Shown here piece after piece: positions 9,553 to 20,223 of a DNA stretch of 64,000 nt. The stretch comes from an uncultured Actinomycetota bacterium. GTDB lineage: Bacteria > Actinomycetota > Acidimicrobiia > Spongiisociales > UBA5794. Location: contig CAVOXF010000003.1 of the NCBI GenBank assembly GCA_963700375.1, positions 13,079-77,078 on the forward strand. Reading direction: 5' to 3'. A model generated the notes under the pieces. It made no database searches, had not been told where the DNA came from, and saw only the letters and a program-made list of their open reading frames with translations. Position numbers and translations under genes: made by a program. Numbering within the stretch: the first letter of the stretch is position 1; the number at the start of each line of letters is the position of its first letter.

Positions 9553-12484
9553 CTACGCGTCGGTGCTCGTGTCACCGGTCTCGCCGGACGCGGCGTCCGG
9601 TGCTACCTCGTTCGCCGCCACCAGCAGGCGGGTCGCCTCTTCGACCGCCGCCTGGGCTTCTTCGATCTTCTGGGCCCACGTCACGAGATCGCCGGTGCGC
9701 ATTGCCTCGTCGGCGTCGATGAATGCTCGATCAGCACGGGCGAGTAGTTCGACGATCTGTTCCTCGATCGTCCCGGTCGGCGGTTCAGTTGTCCCTCCAC
9801 CGTCGGCTCCGCCGCCTGAACCGTCCGCTACGCCGAACACGGCCGTCAGCGCCTCCGACAGGGAATCCCGCATTTCGATGCGGCCGTTGAACGACACGAC
9901 AACCCGCTTGAACTCCGGAATGCCGGTGGTCGACGCTTCATCGTTCGCGCTGATGTAGATGGGCTGCACGTACAGCAGCGACTGCTCGATGGGGATGACC
10001 AGCATGTTTCCCTGGATCACCCGGGAGCCGCCCTGGCCGAGCAGCGTGAACTCGGCCGAGATGGCGGGGTCCTGGTTGACGAAGTTGCCGACCTGACCCG
10101 GACCGTCGATCTGGCTATCCGACGGCAATCCGTACTCGATGATGCGGCCGTACTCCTCGAGCGGGCCGCTCTTTGCGACCATGAACGACACCATGTTCGG
10201 ACGTCCACGGGGCGTGAACGGCTGCATGAGCAGGAACGACGGCAGATCCTCGCCCGGGAGCTTCATCAAGAGGTAGTAGGGCAGCATCGGATTGAATTCC
10301 TGCCCGCTCGAATCCTCAAAGCGCCCGCGCAGGGCCGGACGCGGCGACGTCGACGGATCACGGGCGATCTGCCATGGATCCGAGACCGTGAAGAACTGAT
10401 CCGGGTTCGTCATGTGATAGAGCTGGTATTGATCGGTCTGGACCCGGAACAGGTCTTCGGGATACCGGAAGTGTTCGATGATCTCGATCGGCAGCTCCGA
10501 ACCGGGACGGAACACGCCGGGGAAGATCGCCTGATTGGCCTGGATGATCGGGTCATCGGGGTCGATCACGTAGAGATCGATCGTCCCGTCGTACGCGTCG
10601 ACGACCGCCTTGACGGAGTTCCGGATGTAGTTGAACTGGTTCGGGAGGCCGGGCCCCTGGTTGAGCCGTGCGGTGTTCGCCGGTGCCGAATACGGGTACC
10701 GGTCGGTGATCGTGTACAGATCCATCACCCACTTGAGGCGCCCGTTGGCGATCACGATGTATGGGTCTGCGTCGCCGTAGAGGAACGGTGCGAGTCGCGC
10801 GATCCTCGAGCGGAGATTGCGCTCGAGAAGCACCTTGGAATCGGCGTCGAGGCGGTCAGATATCAGCGTGTCGAGGTTGCCGAAACGCAATGCCCACGCC
10901 GCCCGTTCGAAGATGCCGCCGAGCTTCACGCCACCGGCCCCGTCGTAGGAGTTCGTCGCGACGTCGGCGCCACTGGAACCGATCGGGAAGTCGACTTCTT
11001 GCTGACTCGTCCCTGCAATCACGTAGTCCGTCTCGGCGTGGTCCGAGAAGTAGATCCGCGGCTGCTCGATGTTGAGGCTTGGGTCGTCTGAGAAGTTGGA
11101 CGGGGGAATGTCCTTCACGAGAAAGTCCGGCTGACCCTGGACGGTCACGTCATTGGCCGGGCTCAGCACCGACCCGAAGCCGTGCGTGTAGACCAGGCGC
11201 TCTGTCACCCAACCCTCGCCGGGGATGCCCTGCTCTTCGAGTTCGCGGCGCCGACACCATCACCTGCGTGAGGTCACCATCGATCACGTACCGATCGACA
11301 TCGACGTCGCCAATGTCGTAGTAGGTGACGATGTTCTGCAACTGCCGGTAGGTCACGTTGAGCACGCCCGGGTCCCACAATCGAATGTTGCTGATCGTGG
11401 TCGCGTTCGCTTCGAGATCCTCCGGAGTGAGAATCGGCTCTGCGGCGAACGACTCGACCTCCACGTCGGCGAGCCCGTAGGCCTCGCGGGTGAACTCGAT
11501 GTTGTACGCAACGTACTCCGACTCCTTGTTGACCTCGTCCGGCTGGACGGTCAGGCGCTGCACGAGGGCGGGGTAGACGCCACCCACGATGACCGATGTC
11601 ACGAGCCATAGTCCAACGGCGACGATCGGGAGCGTCCATCCCCGGAACCAGAGATTCACCAACAGGATGGCAGCGGCGACGAGGGAGATGATGATGAGGA
11701 GATTCAGGGCGGGCACTTGTGCATTCACGTCGGTGTAGGAGGCACCGAACACCTGGCCGCGTCCGCTGTAGAGGAGGTCCCACTTGTCGAGCTGATAGCC
11801 GGCGACCTTCAGGAGGGCCAGGATGGCAAGCAGGATCGAGACATGCGCCTTGACACCGGAGCTGGTGCGATTGCCTGGTCCCTGCAGGTTGATCCCGCCG
11901 TTGAGATAGTGGACGGCGACGACGACGAGGGTCAGAACGAGGACGAGTTGGAAGGTCCACGCAAAGACGTCGCGCATGAACGGAACATCGAACACATAGA
12001 GGCCGATGTCGTGGTTGAAGATCGGATCGGTACGGCCGAACGAGCCTCCGCGGAAGAAGAGCAGCCAGTCCTCCCACCAAGCGGCGGCTCCAAGACCGAG
12101 CAGGAGGCCGAAGAATACTGAGACTCCGAGTCGCAGACGACCGGAGCGAGGCTCGACCCAGGTCTGGTAGCGCATCAGCAACTCTTCGTCCGGACTGCCG
12201 GGCGTCACACCTCGACGGGGAGAGATTCGGTCAACCAGATAGAGGTTGATCCACACGATCGCAAACGCGACAAGCGAGGCGGCGAGCACGAGCCAGAGGC
12301 GGGTGAAGACGAGGGTCGTCCACACGCCGACCTGATCGACGCTCGAGTACCACAGGTAGTCGGTCCACATGGTGGCCAGCGACCGCATCATGATGAGCCC
12401 GAGGAACCCCACTCCGAGAATGATCCAGAGGATGCGGCGGGAACGGCCTTTGCGGACGTATGGAATTGGTTCGCGATTGATCAC
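9553..12484 (-). pseudogene. UPF0182 family membrane protein (M. tuberculosis Rv3193c-like), interrupted by a +1 frameshift near 11250
   Basis: Two ORFs (11150..12484 and 9553..11208) are N- and C-terminal parts of one roughly 975-aa UPF0182 protein. Across ~11248-11256 the alternate frame reads ...RRELEEQGIPGEGWVTERLVYTHGFG, continuous with the downstream ORF. Confidence 0.75.
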
Positions 12485-12510
12485 GATCCGAGTCTACGAG
12501 AATCGCCGCA

Positions 12511-14586
12511 TCACGGGGACGGAACGATGGTGCACGCACATTCGATACGGGCGGGCGGCATCATCGTTCCGCTCGGCGGCCCGGCAGCGATCAACCATGG
12601 GCCCTTGCTCGCCGGGCAGTCGGCGCAAGGATGCCCTGCTGTCACGACAACGACTTCTGGTGCTCCGAGGTCGGCGAGCGCAGCCGTCACCCCTTCGTGA
12701 TAGGAGGCGCGCGATGCGAACCGAACCCGGCGCTCGGCATCGTCGGTCCGCCACGAGCGGAACACCCGGGACAGCGCCGCACCGGCCTCACGGTGTCCGG
12801 CACCGGTCTCACGGGAACGAGCGACCGAGGCCCGGGCGGCGTCGACGAGCGCTGCTGCGAACTCGATCGAGGGATCTCCCGGCGCTGCAGCGTCAGGCTG
12901 GGGCGTCTGGATCGCTCCGGTCATCTCGGCCGCCGCTGCGAACCCGGCCACCATGCTCTCCTGAGCCAGGACCTTCAGTGACTCGACGACCTCATCGCTC
13001 ACGATCGAGGCGTCGGGTTCCCATCCGTCGGTAAGACGGAGATCCTCGAGGGCACGGTTCTGGGCCTCGACGAGGTGCCGCTTGACCGTTCGGAGCGCCC
13101 GATTCTGGACGGGGAGAAGGAGCTTCTCCCGGAGGGCGACCGGGTCGAGAGCGTCGGCAGGTGGTGACGACGCTGCCGGATCGTGAGCGGGCTCGCGCTC
13201 CGCCCGTGTGAGCCCCGCTGCGTCGTCGTTCCGCTTCTCCGCGTCCCCCCGCTCTTCGATCGGGAGGACGGGTGCCGGCTCCGGCGCGAGCGAGAGACTC
13301 CCGCCATCATCGCTTGGCGGCGCTGCCGCCTCCGCCTGACGGGGAGGAATCGTCTTCTTGGACGACGGGGTGCGGAGCTGGGCGAAGAGACCGGCGAGGG
13401 CGTCCGGAGCAGGTTCGGGTTCCGGCTCGGGTTCCGGTTCCGGCTCGGGTTCCGGTTCCGGCTCGGGTTCCGGTTCCGGCTCGGGTTCCGGTTCCGGCTC
13501 GGGTTCCGGTTCCGGCTCGGGTTCCGGTTCCGGCTCCGGTTCCGGTTCCGGTTCCGGTTCCGGTTCCGGTTCCGGCTCCGGTTCGGGTTCCGGTTCCGGC
13601 TCGGGCTCCGGGAATGGGGAATGGGGAATGGGGACTGGCAGCTCGACGCTGGTTGGCGGCTCGGCCCTGAGCGTCGACTGTCGTAGCGCTTGGACCTCGG
13701 CGACCATGGCGTCGGCATCCACGGGTCCTGCAGCCAGCACGCGGTCGGCGGACACGATCCTCACGGAGCCTTCGTCATCGGGCCAATGGCTCGCGACCGA
13801 TCCGTCGAGAATGACCGCAGCATCGTCGCCCACCAGCACCGGCTCATCGGCCGGAGGAGCCGGTTCGGGCTCCGGTTCAACGCCTGCGATCGTGGCCCGT
13901 GCGGCTTCGAGTTCGGCCATCAACTCCGATCGGCGCACCTCGAGAGCGCGGGCACGTTCCTGAGCGGCGTCGGCCTGGCGCCGCGCCGCGGACACCAGCG
14001 CCTCGGCCTCCTGCCGGGCCGCTGCGACCCGACGTTCCGCCTCTTCTCGTCCGACGCGTATGGACTCGTCCCTCTCGCGACGTGCGTCTGCGGTGAGGTG
14101 CGACGCCTCGCGCTCGGCCTCGGCTTGGACGAACAGGGAACGCTCCGTCGTTGCGATCGCCAGCGCTTCACCTTCGGTCACTGCGGAAGCGAGCATCTCG
14201 GTGCCCGTCTCCCATGCGGATCGACGCACCTCGAACGCTGTCTGCCGGGTGGCGTCGCGCACCGCACGCGATTCCGCATCCGCTTCGGCGCGCCAGCGTG
14301 CGGCATCATCAGCGGCACGCGACCGCATCTGCTCCGCGGCGACCCGGGCTTCGGCGAGGATCCGTTTGACTTCCTCCCCAACGAGGTCGAGTTCGGTCGC
14401 CAGGTCCGTCGGGCGGTTCAGCCCAAGTTCGCTCAGCCCGGTCTCGAGTTCCGCAATGCGCTGTTCGAGCGCTGCGGCGCGTCGGGACACGGCGGCGAGA
14501 TGGGCATCAACCTGCTGCCGGTCATAGCCCTTGCGGGTTACCCGGAACGCGTCGGCGGGCGCGCCAGAATCGGTGGACTCGTCCAT
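12511..14586 (-). CDS. DivIVA domain-containing protein with a long internal (Glu-Pro)n repeat
   Basis: N-terminal [17 protein letters not shown] DivIVA motif, long coiled-coil region, about 33 consecutive EP dipeptides, conserved-looking C-terminal domain with a CxxC...CxC tail. Confidence 0.65.
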   Translation of the reverse strand: MDESTDSGAPADAFRVTRKGYDRQQVDAHLAAVSRRAAALEQRIAELETGLSELGLNRPTDLATELDLVGEEVKRILAEARVAAEQMRSRAADDAARWRAEADAESRAVRDATRQTAFEVRRSAWETGTEMLASAVTEGEALAIATTERSLFVQAEAEREASHLTADARRERDESIRVGREEAERRVAAARQEAEALVSAARRQADAAQERARALEVRRSELMAELEAARATIAGVEPEPEPAPPADEPVLVGDDAAVILDGSVASHWPDDEGSVRIVSADRVLAAGPVDADAMVAEVQALRQSTLRAEPPTSVELPVPIPHSPFPEPEPEPEPEPEPEPEPEPEPEPEPEPEPEPEPEPEPEPEPEPEPEPEPEPEPEPEPEPEPEPEPEPAPDALAGLFAQLRTPSSKKTIPPRQAEAAAPPSDDGGSLSLAPEPAPVLPIEERGDAEKRNDDAAGLTRAEREPAHDPAASSPPADALDPVALREKLLLPVQNRALRTVKRHLVEAQNRALEDLRLTDGWEPDASIVSDEVVESLKVLAQESMVAGFAAAAEMTGAIQTPQPDAAAPGDPSIEFAAALVDAARASVARSRETGAGHREAGAALSRVFRSWRTDDAERRVRFASRASYHEGVTAALADLGAPEVVVVTAGHPCADCPASKGPWLIAAGPPSGTMMPPARIECACTIVPSP
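13412..13612 (-). repeat. tandem repeat with 18-bp periodicity (ggttccggttccggctcg, about 11 units) encoding (EP)n inside the DivIVA-like gene
   Basis: directly visible periodicity; the wrong-frame track ORFs here read SGSGSG, PVPARV and FRFRLG runs. Confidence 0.9.
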
Positions 14587-14637
14587 GTGACCAGGGTAAC
14601 GAGGTGACTCGTTCGTCCCGGGTATTCGAACCGGTAC

Positions 14638-15729
14638 CTAGCTGTAGCCGAGGTAGTCGAGTGCGTCGTCGATGGTCTCGACCCGCACGACCTCGATGTC
14701 GTCTCCGGCCGCCACCAGGGCGTCCTCGTAGTTGGAAGCAGGCACCAGAACGACTGCCGCCCCGGCATCGATCGCTCCGTAGACCTTCTGCTGGACTCCA
14801 CCGATACCGCCGACGGTCCCGTCTCGCGCGATCGTCCCCGTACCGGCGATTCGTCGGCCATCGGTGAGGTCCTGCTCGGTCAACTGGTTGATGATCTCGA
14901 GCGTGAACATCATCCCGGCCGATGGGCCGCCGATGTTCTGGGTATCGGTGTCGATCTCGACTGGGAACTCGACGATGGGAGGGCTGTTGTCGAGCAACAC
15001 ACCGACCATCGGGCGGTCAGCATCGTCGGTGTGAGCGCCGAGGACAATGTCTACATCGATGACTTCGATGTCGTCGGAGCCCTCCACGACTCGCTGGACG
15101 GTGAGCGTCACTGCATCCCCGATCTCCTTCTCGGCAAGGGCATCGATGACATCGGAACGGAACGCAACCTCCGTGCCATCAATCGCGATGATGACGTCGT
15201 CGGTCACGAGCACGCCATCGGCTGCCGAATCGGGGACCGTCTCGATGACGAGCGCTCCGGTTCCCGTATACGTCGGTTCGTATCCGAGTTTCGTCAGTGC
15301 CACGAACGTCGCATCGGTCTTGGATTGCTCCATTCGCGCGAGGTTCTCTCGACGCAGATCCTCCGGGGAGACACCCGACGGCCGGATGTTCTGGCGAGGT
15401 GCAACCTCCACCTTCGGGTTGAGGATTCCCGCTGCGTACTCGAAGACATTGGCTTCGCGCAGGGCGACGGTGAGGAAGAACATCTCGCCGTCGACCTCGT
15501 ACTGCACCTCGTCGCCGGCAACGAAGACGAAGTCCGACGTGTCGTACAACGGCCCCGGAGACAGGGTGTAGTAGGGAACCTTGATCGGCCAGGCGACAGC
15601 GACGGCTATGCCGATCACCATCAGCAGCCCGGCGAGGACGAACGGCCACTTCGGCATAGGCGTGCGGGTCGCCGCTCCCGACTCGGGAGAGTCCAAGAAC
15701 TCGTCATCCACGGTGTTTGCCTGATTCAT
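14638..15729 (-). CDS. PDZ domain-containing S16 (Lon-like) protease, YlbL/Rv3194c-like
   Basis: N-terminal TM helix, PDZ domain, C-terminal Lon protease domain with GPSAG serine motif; adjacent to UPF0182 as in mycobacteria. Confidence 0.75.
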   Translation of the reverse strand: MNQANTVDDEFLDSPESGAATRTPMPKWPFVLAGLLMVIGIAVAVAWPIKVPYYTLSPGPLYDTSDFVFVAGDEVQYEVDGEMFFLTVALREANVFEYAAGILNPKVEVAPRQNIRPSGVSPEDLRRENLARMEQSKTDATFVALTKLGYEPTYTGTGALVIETVPDSAADGVLVTDDVIIAIDGTEVAFRSDVIDALAEKEIGDAVTLTVQRVVEGSDDIEVIDVDIVLGAHTDDADRPMVGVLLDNSPPIVEFPVEIDTDTQNIGGPSAGMMFTLEIINQLTEQDLTDGRRIAGTGTIARDGTVGGIGGVQQKVYGAIDAGAAVVLVPASNYEDALVAAGDDIEVVRVETIDDALDYLGYS

Positions 15730-15782
15730 TTGAGGCGAGGTTACCGACGATGGCGATTAGGCACAGCGGTTCCGTATGGCGT

Positions 15783-16370
15783 CTACGCGATGCGACGGCC
15801 CGCGACCAGGTCCGCCTGCACCACGATCCGCCGGTCGGCGGAGCCTCTCGGATGGCAGGCAAAGAGCGTGAGCATCGGCTTGCCGAAGTCGTACGAGATC
15901 CAGACGTCGTCCGGCGTGACGATGAAGGTGCTCGTAACCTTGTACATCACATCGAATCCCATGCCGTCTTCGAGGTAGATCAGGTCACCGATCTCGAGGC
16001 GATCCAGGGCCCAGAATGGCCGGGTGTGGGTGGTCCGATGACCTGCAAGGACGACATTGCCGTCGCCGCCCGGAGATGATGTCCCCGACCAATGGGCGAC
16101 ACCCTGGTCGATCACCGACAGCGAGATCCCAGAACGAACCGTCTCGTCGACGTCAATCGCGGGGATCTGGATCCTGGAGACCACCACTCCCGACTCCTGG
16201 GTCGGGGAGTACGTCGGCTGACGGCCCGGTGCCGGGACGGCGTCCGGCGGGACCGCATCCGGTAGCACGGTGTCTGCGCTCGCCGGTAGACCGCCGGACA
16301 CGAGAACCGCAAACCCGAGCGCGGTCATGAAACGGATCGCGGGTCTGGCAAGTCTCATCCCTGACAACAT
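15783..16370 (-). CDS. sortase family protein (class E/F type)
   Basis: signal/TM N-terminus; conserved His (LAGHRTT) and TLxTC active-site motif (LTLFACHP). Confidence 0.7.
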   Translation of the reverse strand: MLSGMRLARPAIRFMTALGFAVLVSGGLPASADTVLPDAVPPDAVPAPGRQPTYSPTQESGVVVSRIQIPAIDVDETVRSGISLSVIDQGVAHWSGTSSPGGDGNVVLAGHRTTHTRPFWALDRLEIGDLIYLEDGMGFDVMYKVTSTFIVTPDDVWISYDFGKPMLTLFACHPRGSADRRIVVQADLVAGRRIA

Positions 16371-16431
16371 CGGCTGAACCCACAGCTCACTTGAATCCAG
16401 GAAGATCCACGGCCACTACGAAAGGTCCAAC

Positions 16432-17022
16432 GTGCAGGCAGTCCACCCCAACGTCATCACCGCCATCACCCTCCCGCGCCGCGCAACAACCACGGTCGGT
16501 CTCATGGTCGGCTTCGCTCTGCTGACGGCTCTGGCCGCACAGGTCAGGATTCCGCTCCCCGGCACGCCGATCGCCATGACGGGCCAGACATTCGCGGTGC
16601 TGATCACCGGTGCGGCGCTGGGCTCCCGGGTCGCCGCCGGAAGCATGATGGTCTACGTCGCTCTCGGTGCGATCGGCCTCCCGTTCTTCGCCGGTGGTCA
16701 GGGTGGCTGGACCTACGCGACCGGCGCTTCCTTCGGATACCTCGCCGGCTTCATCGCCGCCGCATGGCTGGTCGGGCGCTTCGCAGAGCAACGCAAGGAT
16801 CGGTCGATTGGTACCGCCGTGCCCGCGTTCCTCGCCGGGAGCGCCGCCGTCTACACGCTCGGCGTCACGTGGCTGTGGGCGACGGTCGACTCGGTCCCAA
16901 CCCTGTCAGCCGCACTCAGCGCCGGTCTCTATCCGTTCGTAGCTGGCGACCTCATCAAGGCCATCCTCGCCGGCCTGGCTCTCCCCGCCGCCTGGTTCGT
17001 GGTGGATAGGGCCCGGAGATAG
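16432..17022 (+). CDS. bioY: biotin transporter BioY
   Basis: about 190-aa polytopic membrane protein with BioY-like TM pattern. Confidence 0.75.
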   Translation: MQAVHPNVITAITLPRRATTTVGLMVGFALLTALAAQVRIPLPGTPIAMTGQTFAVLITGAALGSRVAAGSMMVYVALGAIGLPFFAGGQGGWTYATGASFGYLAGFIAAAWLVGRFAEQRKDRSIGTAVPAFLAGSAAVYTLGVTWLWATVDSVPTLSAALSAGLYPFVAGDLIKAILAGLALPAAWFVVDRARR

Positions 17023-17093
17023 TCAGGAGCCCCCGGCGCCGTCGCTGCGCTCCTCGCCAATCCCCCGCCTTGCAGCCGGGCGACCGGCGACTC

Positions 17094-17930
17094 CTAGCCT
17101 TCCATCTCTTCGCCCAGGTAGGCCTTGATCACGTTGGGATCGCGCTGGATTTCGGATGGGATGCCGGTGGCGATGCGTTCCCCGAAGTCGATCACCATCA
17201 CGCGATCCGCGATGTCCATGACCAACCCCATATCGTGTTCGACGAGGATCATGGCGATAGACAGTTCCTCCCGGATGTCGAGGATGAAGCGGGCCATGTC
17301 TTCGGTCTCTTCAAGGTTCATGCCGGCGACGGGTTCGTCGAGAAGCAGCAGCTCCGGCTCCATGGCGAGCGCTCGTCCCAACTCCACGCGCTTCTGTACG
17401 CCGTAGGGCAACATCGCCACCGGGTACTTCCGCCATCGGGCGATCTCGAGGAAGTCGATAATCTCCTCCGCGACGGTGCGGTTCTCGAGTTCTTCCTTCT
17501 TCGCCGGTCCGATCCAGATGGCGCCGTCCCACCAGGATGTCTTCGTTCGGGTGTGGCGACCGAGCATGATGTTGTCGAGCACCGTCATGTGGGGGAATAA
17601 CTCGATGTTCTGGAAGGTCCGAGCGATGCCGAGCGTCGCTATCCGATCGGGACGTCGCCCGACGATGTCCTCGCCCTTCCACCGGATGGATCCCACCTGC
17701 GGTTTGTAGACCCCGTTGATGCAGTTGAACGTCGAGGTCTTCCCGGCGCCGTTCGGACCGATCACGGCGAACAACTCGCCGTCGTCGACGGTGAAGCTCA
17801 CGTCGTCGAGCGCCTTGATCCCCTTGAAGGACAGGCTCACATCCTCGAACTCGAGCAGGTGCGCATAGGCTGCGCCGTCGGTGTCCCGTCCGGCGCGGAG
17901 GGACGTGCGTCGTGATGTCATGACAGCCAC
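17094..17930 (-). CDS. livG: branched-chain amino acid ABC transporter ATP-binding protein LivG-like
   Basis: Walker A GPNGAGKT, LSGG-like (YGVQKRVELGRAL) signature, Walker B LLLDEP, LivG-type insert. Confidence 0.85.
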   Translation of the reverse strand: MAVMTSRRTSLRAGRDTDGAAYAHLLEFEDVSLSFKGIKALDDVSFTVDDGELFAVIGPNGAGKTSTFNCINGVYKPQVGSIRWKGEDIVGRRPDRIATLGIARTFQNIELFPHMTVLDNIMLGRHTRTKTSWWDGAIWIGPAKKEELENRTVAEEIIDFLEIARWRKYPVAMLPYGVQKRVELGRALAMEPELLLLDEPVAGMNLEETEDMARFILDIREELSIAMILVEHDMGLVMDIADRVMVIDFGERIATGIPSEIQRDPNVIKAYLGEEMEG

Positions 17931-18709
17931 CGCTTCCGGCGCTTGTAGTGCTTGATGTCGCGGAAGGACTTGCGGTCCCCCTCTGCGTGGAGCCCGAGAT
18001 AGAACTCCTGCACGTCGGCATCGCCGAGGAGCTTGTCCGGCTCCCCGTCCATCACGACCTTCCCGGTCTCCATGATGTAGCCGTAGTCGGCGATCGACAG
18101 CGCCATGTTGGCGTTCTGCTCGATGAGCAGCACCGATGTTCCCTGCCGGTTGATGTCGACGATGATGTCACGAATCTGCTGAACGAGCATGGGAGCGAGT
18201 CCGAGCGTCGGCTCGTCGAGGATGAGCAACTCAGGGTCCGCCATCAACGCCCTGCCGATCGCGAGCATCTGCTGTTCGCCGCCAGACAGGTACCCGGCAG
18301 TGTCCTTCTGGCGGCCCTGAAGGACAGGGAACAGACCCATGACGCGGTCGCGTGCGGCGTTCACCGATCCCCGGTCGGTATTGGTGAACGCGCCGGTCCG
18401 CAGGTTGTCGTCGACGCTCATTTCGGCAAAGATCCTGCGGCCCTCGAGCACCTGGGCGATTCCCATGCGAACGATCGCCGATGGATCCTTTCCATCGATC
18501 CGCTCGTCCTTGAAGGTGACGGAGCCTTTGGTGATCTCACCGTTGTGGACGGTGAGGATGCCGGTGATGGCTCGAAGCGCCGTCGTCTTGCCCGCTCCGT
18601 TCGCTCCGAGGAGCGCAACGATCTGCCCGTCGCTCACCGTGAGCGACAGACCACGCAGCACGAGGACGACGTCGTTGTAGACGACTTCCAGGTTTGCGAC
18701 TTCGAGCAT
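17918..18709 (-). CDS. livF: branched-chain amino acid ABC transporter ATP-binding protein LivF-like
   Basis: Walker A GANGAGKT, signature LSGGEQQML, Walker B LILDEP; start ATG at 18709 (MLEVANLEV); upstream part of the track ORF is antisense junk. Confidence 0.85.
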   Translation of the reverse strand: MLEVANLEVVYNDVVLVLRGLSLTVSDGQIVALLGANGAGKTTALRAITGILTVHNGEITKGSVTFKDERIDGKDPSAIVRMGIAQVLEGRRIFAEMSVDDNLRTGAFTNTDRGSVNAARDRVMGLFPVLQGRQKDTAGYLSGGEQQMLAIGRALMADPELLILDEPTLGLAPMLVQQIRDIIVDINRQGTSVLLIEQNANMALSIADYGYIMETGKVVMDGEPDKLLGDADVQEFYLGLHAEGDRKSFRDIKHYKRRKRWLS

Positions 18710-18771
18710 CGAACCCTCTTCGTGTCTGCCGGGTGGTCGGACCCGCAGGCCCGACCACCCGGTTGTTCGGT

Positions 18772-20172
18772 CTAGAACTGGTAGCAGGCCTCGGTGAACT
18801 CGAAGGACTCGGCAGTCGGACCAACGAAGTCCGTCTGGATGATTTCCGAACCAGAGCCACCCGCCTCGAGATTCGCCACCGACGGACGCCACAGTGTGAT
18901 CGCCCGCTGGACCTGGTCCGACGTGCCGCCTGTGTAGTTCTCGGCGGGAGCCATGCCCTGGAACTCCACGTTGTCGAGTGACCGGATGGCGGCGAGCACT
19001 CCTGCCCGAGTCATGTCGCCGTTTTCGTAGGCCTTCTGGAGTGCCGCATGAACGAGCATTGCCTCCACGACACCGAGTCCGACGTAGTCGTTGGCCGGCA
19101 TGTCGGCTCCGGACGCCTCGACAAGCTGCATCGTCAGCGCCATGCCGGCGGAATCTCCACCCCACGGCTGCATGTAGAAGCCGCCGTACCAATCACGCTG
19201 GATTGCATCGGCGATCGGCGACACCAGGAACGCCGGGTTGTACGTAGGTCCGGCCCCGGACCACTTCGCTTCGAAGCCCTGGGCCAAGGCCCCGCCATAG
19301 ACCTCTGAGAACGTGCTCGGCGTCGTCGTGACGTAGACGAGGTCGGCGCCCGAGGCCACGATGGCATCGGCGACCGGCTTCAGGTCCTGGCCGGGCACGA
19401 TCGTCCCTGAACCGTCGTAGACCACCTCGATGCCGTTGGCTTCGGCCCACATGAGAGCACCGGCCATCGGGTCGAGCCCGAAGTCGCCGGGGATCGAGGC
19501 GAGGGCGAGCGTCGGAGCCTCGTTGCCTTCCTTCTTCTCCTCGTCGAGCATCCAGTCGAGGAGGCTCATCGCCTCCAAGCAGTACGGGGCGCCGGTGTGG
19601 AGCACCGTCGGTGCGATGTTCGTGTCGGTCCAGCCCGAGTACCAGGTCGCCGGGACGGCGATCATGCTGTCCTCTTCGAGAGCGTCGGCGATCGCCAGCG
19701 TCTGCGGTGACCCGGTGGTGTGGCTGATTGCCACGACCTGGTCGCGGAGTTCGTCGTAGGCGGCGATGTGCTGCTCGACCTCGTATGCCGTGTCGCGGGT
19801 CTCCATCATGACCTGGAGGCCACCGATGCCACCGTTGTTGTTGACCCACGCCCAGTACATCTTCTGGCCGGCGATGATCGGATTGACGAGCGGAGCGAAC
19901 GCTCCGGTCAGATCCGCCGTCTGTCCAACGGTGATCGTTCCTGCTTCGAGATCAACGCCATAGTCGGTCGCGATCTCCATCGGTTCCGTCGGCGGCGCCT
20001 CCGTGGTGGTTGTCGTCTCCTCACCACCGCTTGGAGCGGCCGTGGTCGTCGTCGTCTCGTCACCGCCGCTCGGAGCGGCCGTCGTGGTCGTGTCTTCACT
20101 GTCGCTGCTACAGGCCGCCGCGAAGAGCGCCAACACCAGCAACAGAACGAAGATTCTTGCCTTTCTCATCAT
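18772..20172 (-). CDS. ABC transporter substrate-binding lipoprotein (Liv/branched-chain amino acid type)
   Basis: signal peptide plus lipobox (LFAAAC), duplicated Thr-rich linker (APSGGDETTTTTAAPSGGEETTTTT), periplasmic binding domain. Confidence 0.75.
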   Translation of the reverse strand: MMRKARIFVLLLVLALFAAACSSDSEDTTTTAAPSGGDETTTTTAAPSGGEETTTTTEAPPTEPMEIATDYGVDLEAGTITVGQTADLTGAFAPLVNPIIAGQKMYWAWVNNNGGIGGLQVMMETRDTAYEVEQHIAAYDELRDQVVAISHTTGSPQTLAIADALEEDSMIAVPATWYSGWTDTNIAPTVLHTGAPYCLEAMSLLDWMLDEEKKEGNEAPTLALASIPGDFGLDPMAGALMWAEANGIEVVYDGSGTIVPGQDLKPVADAIVASGADLVYVTTTPSTFSEVYGGALAQGFEAKWSGAGPTYNPAFLVSPIADAIQRDWYGGFYMQPWGGDSAGMALTMQLVEASGADMPANDYVGLGVVEAMLVHAALQKAYENGDMTRAGVLAAIRSLDNVEFQGMAPAENYTGGTSDQVQRAITLWRPSVANLEAGGSGSEIIQTDFVGPTAESFEFTEACYQF

Positions 20173-20223
20173 TTCCTCCTCAGACCCGATCTCATGCCCT
20201 GGCCAGGGGCGATCGAGCGATTG

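Noticed and set aside
13395-13615. Possible CRISPR array because of regular short repeats
   Set aside because: Repeats are contiguous with 6/18-bp periodicity, no spacers, and lie within a coding frame (EP dipeptides); there are no cas genes in the window.
12999-13718. 239-aa SR/NR-rich ORF and other ORFs (13183..13686, 13272..13670, 13358..13963) across the repeat
   Set aside because: All are alternative-frame readings of the 18-bp periodic repeat (SGSG, FRFR, PVPARV); only the minus-strand EP frame is continuous with conserved DivIVA N- and C-terminal domains.
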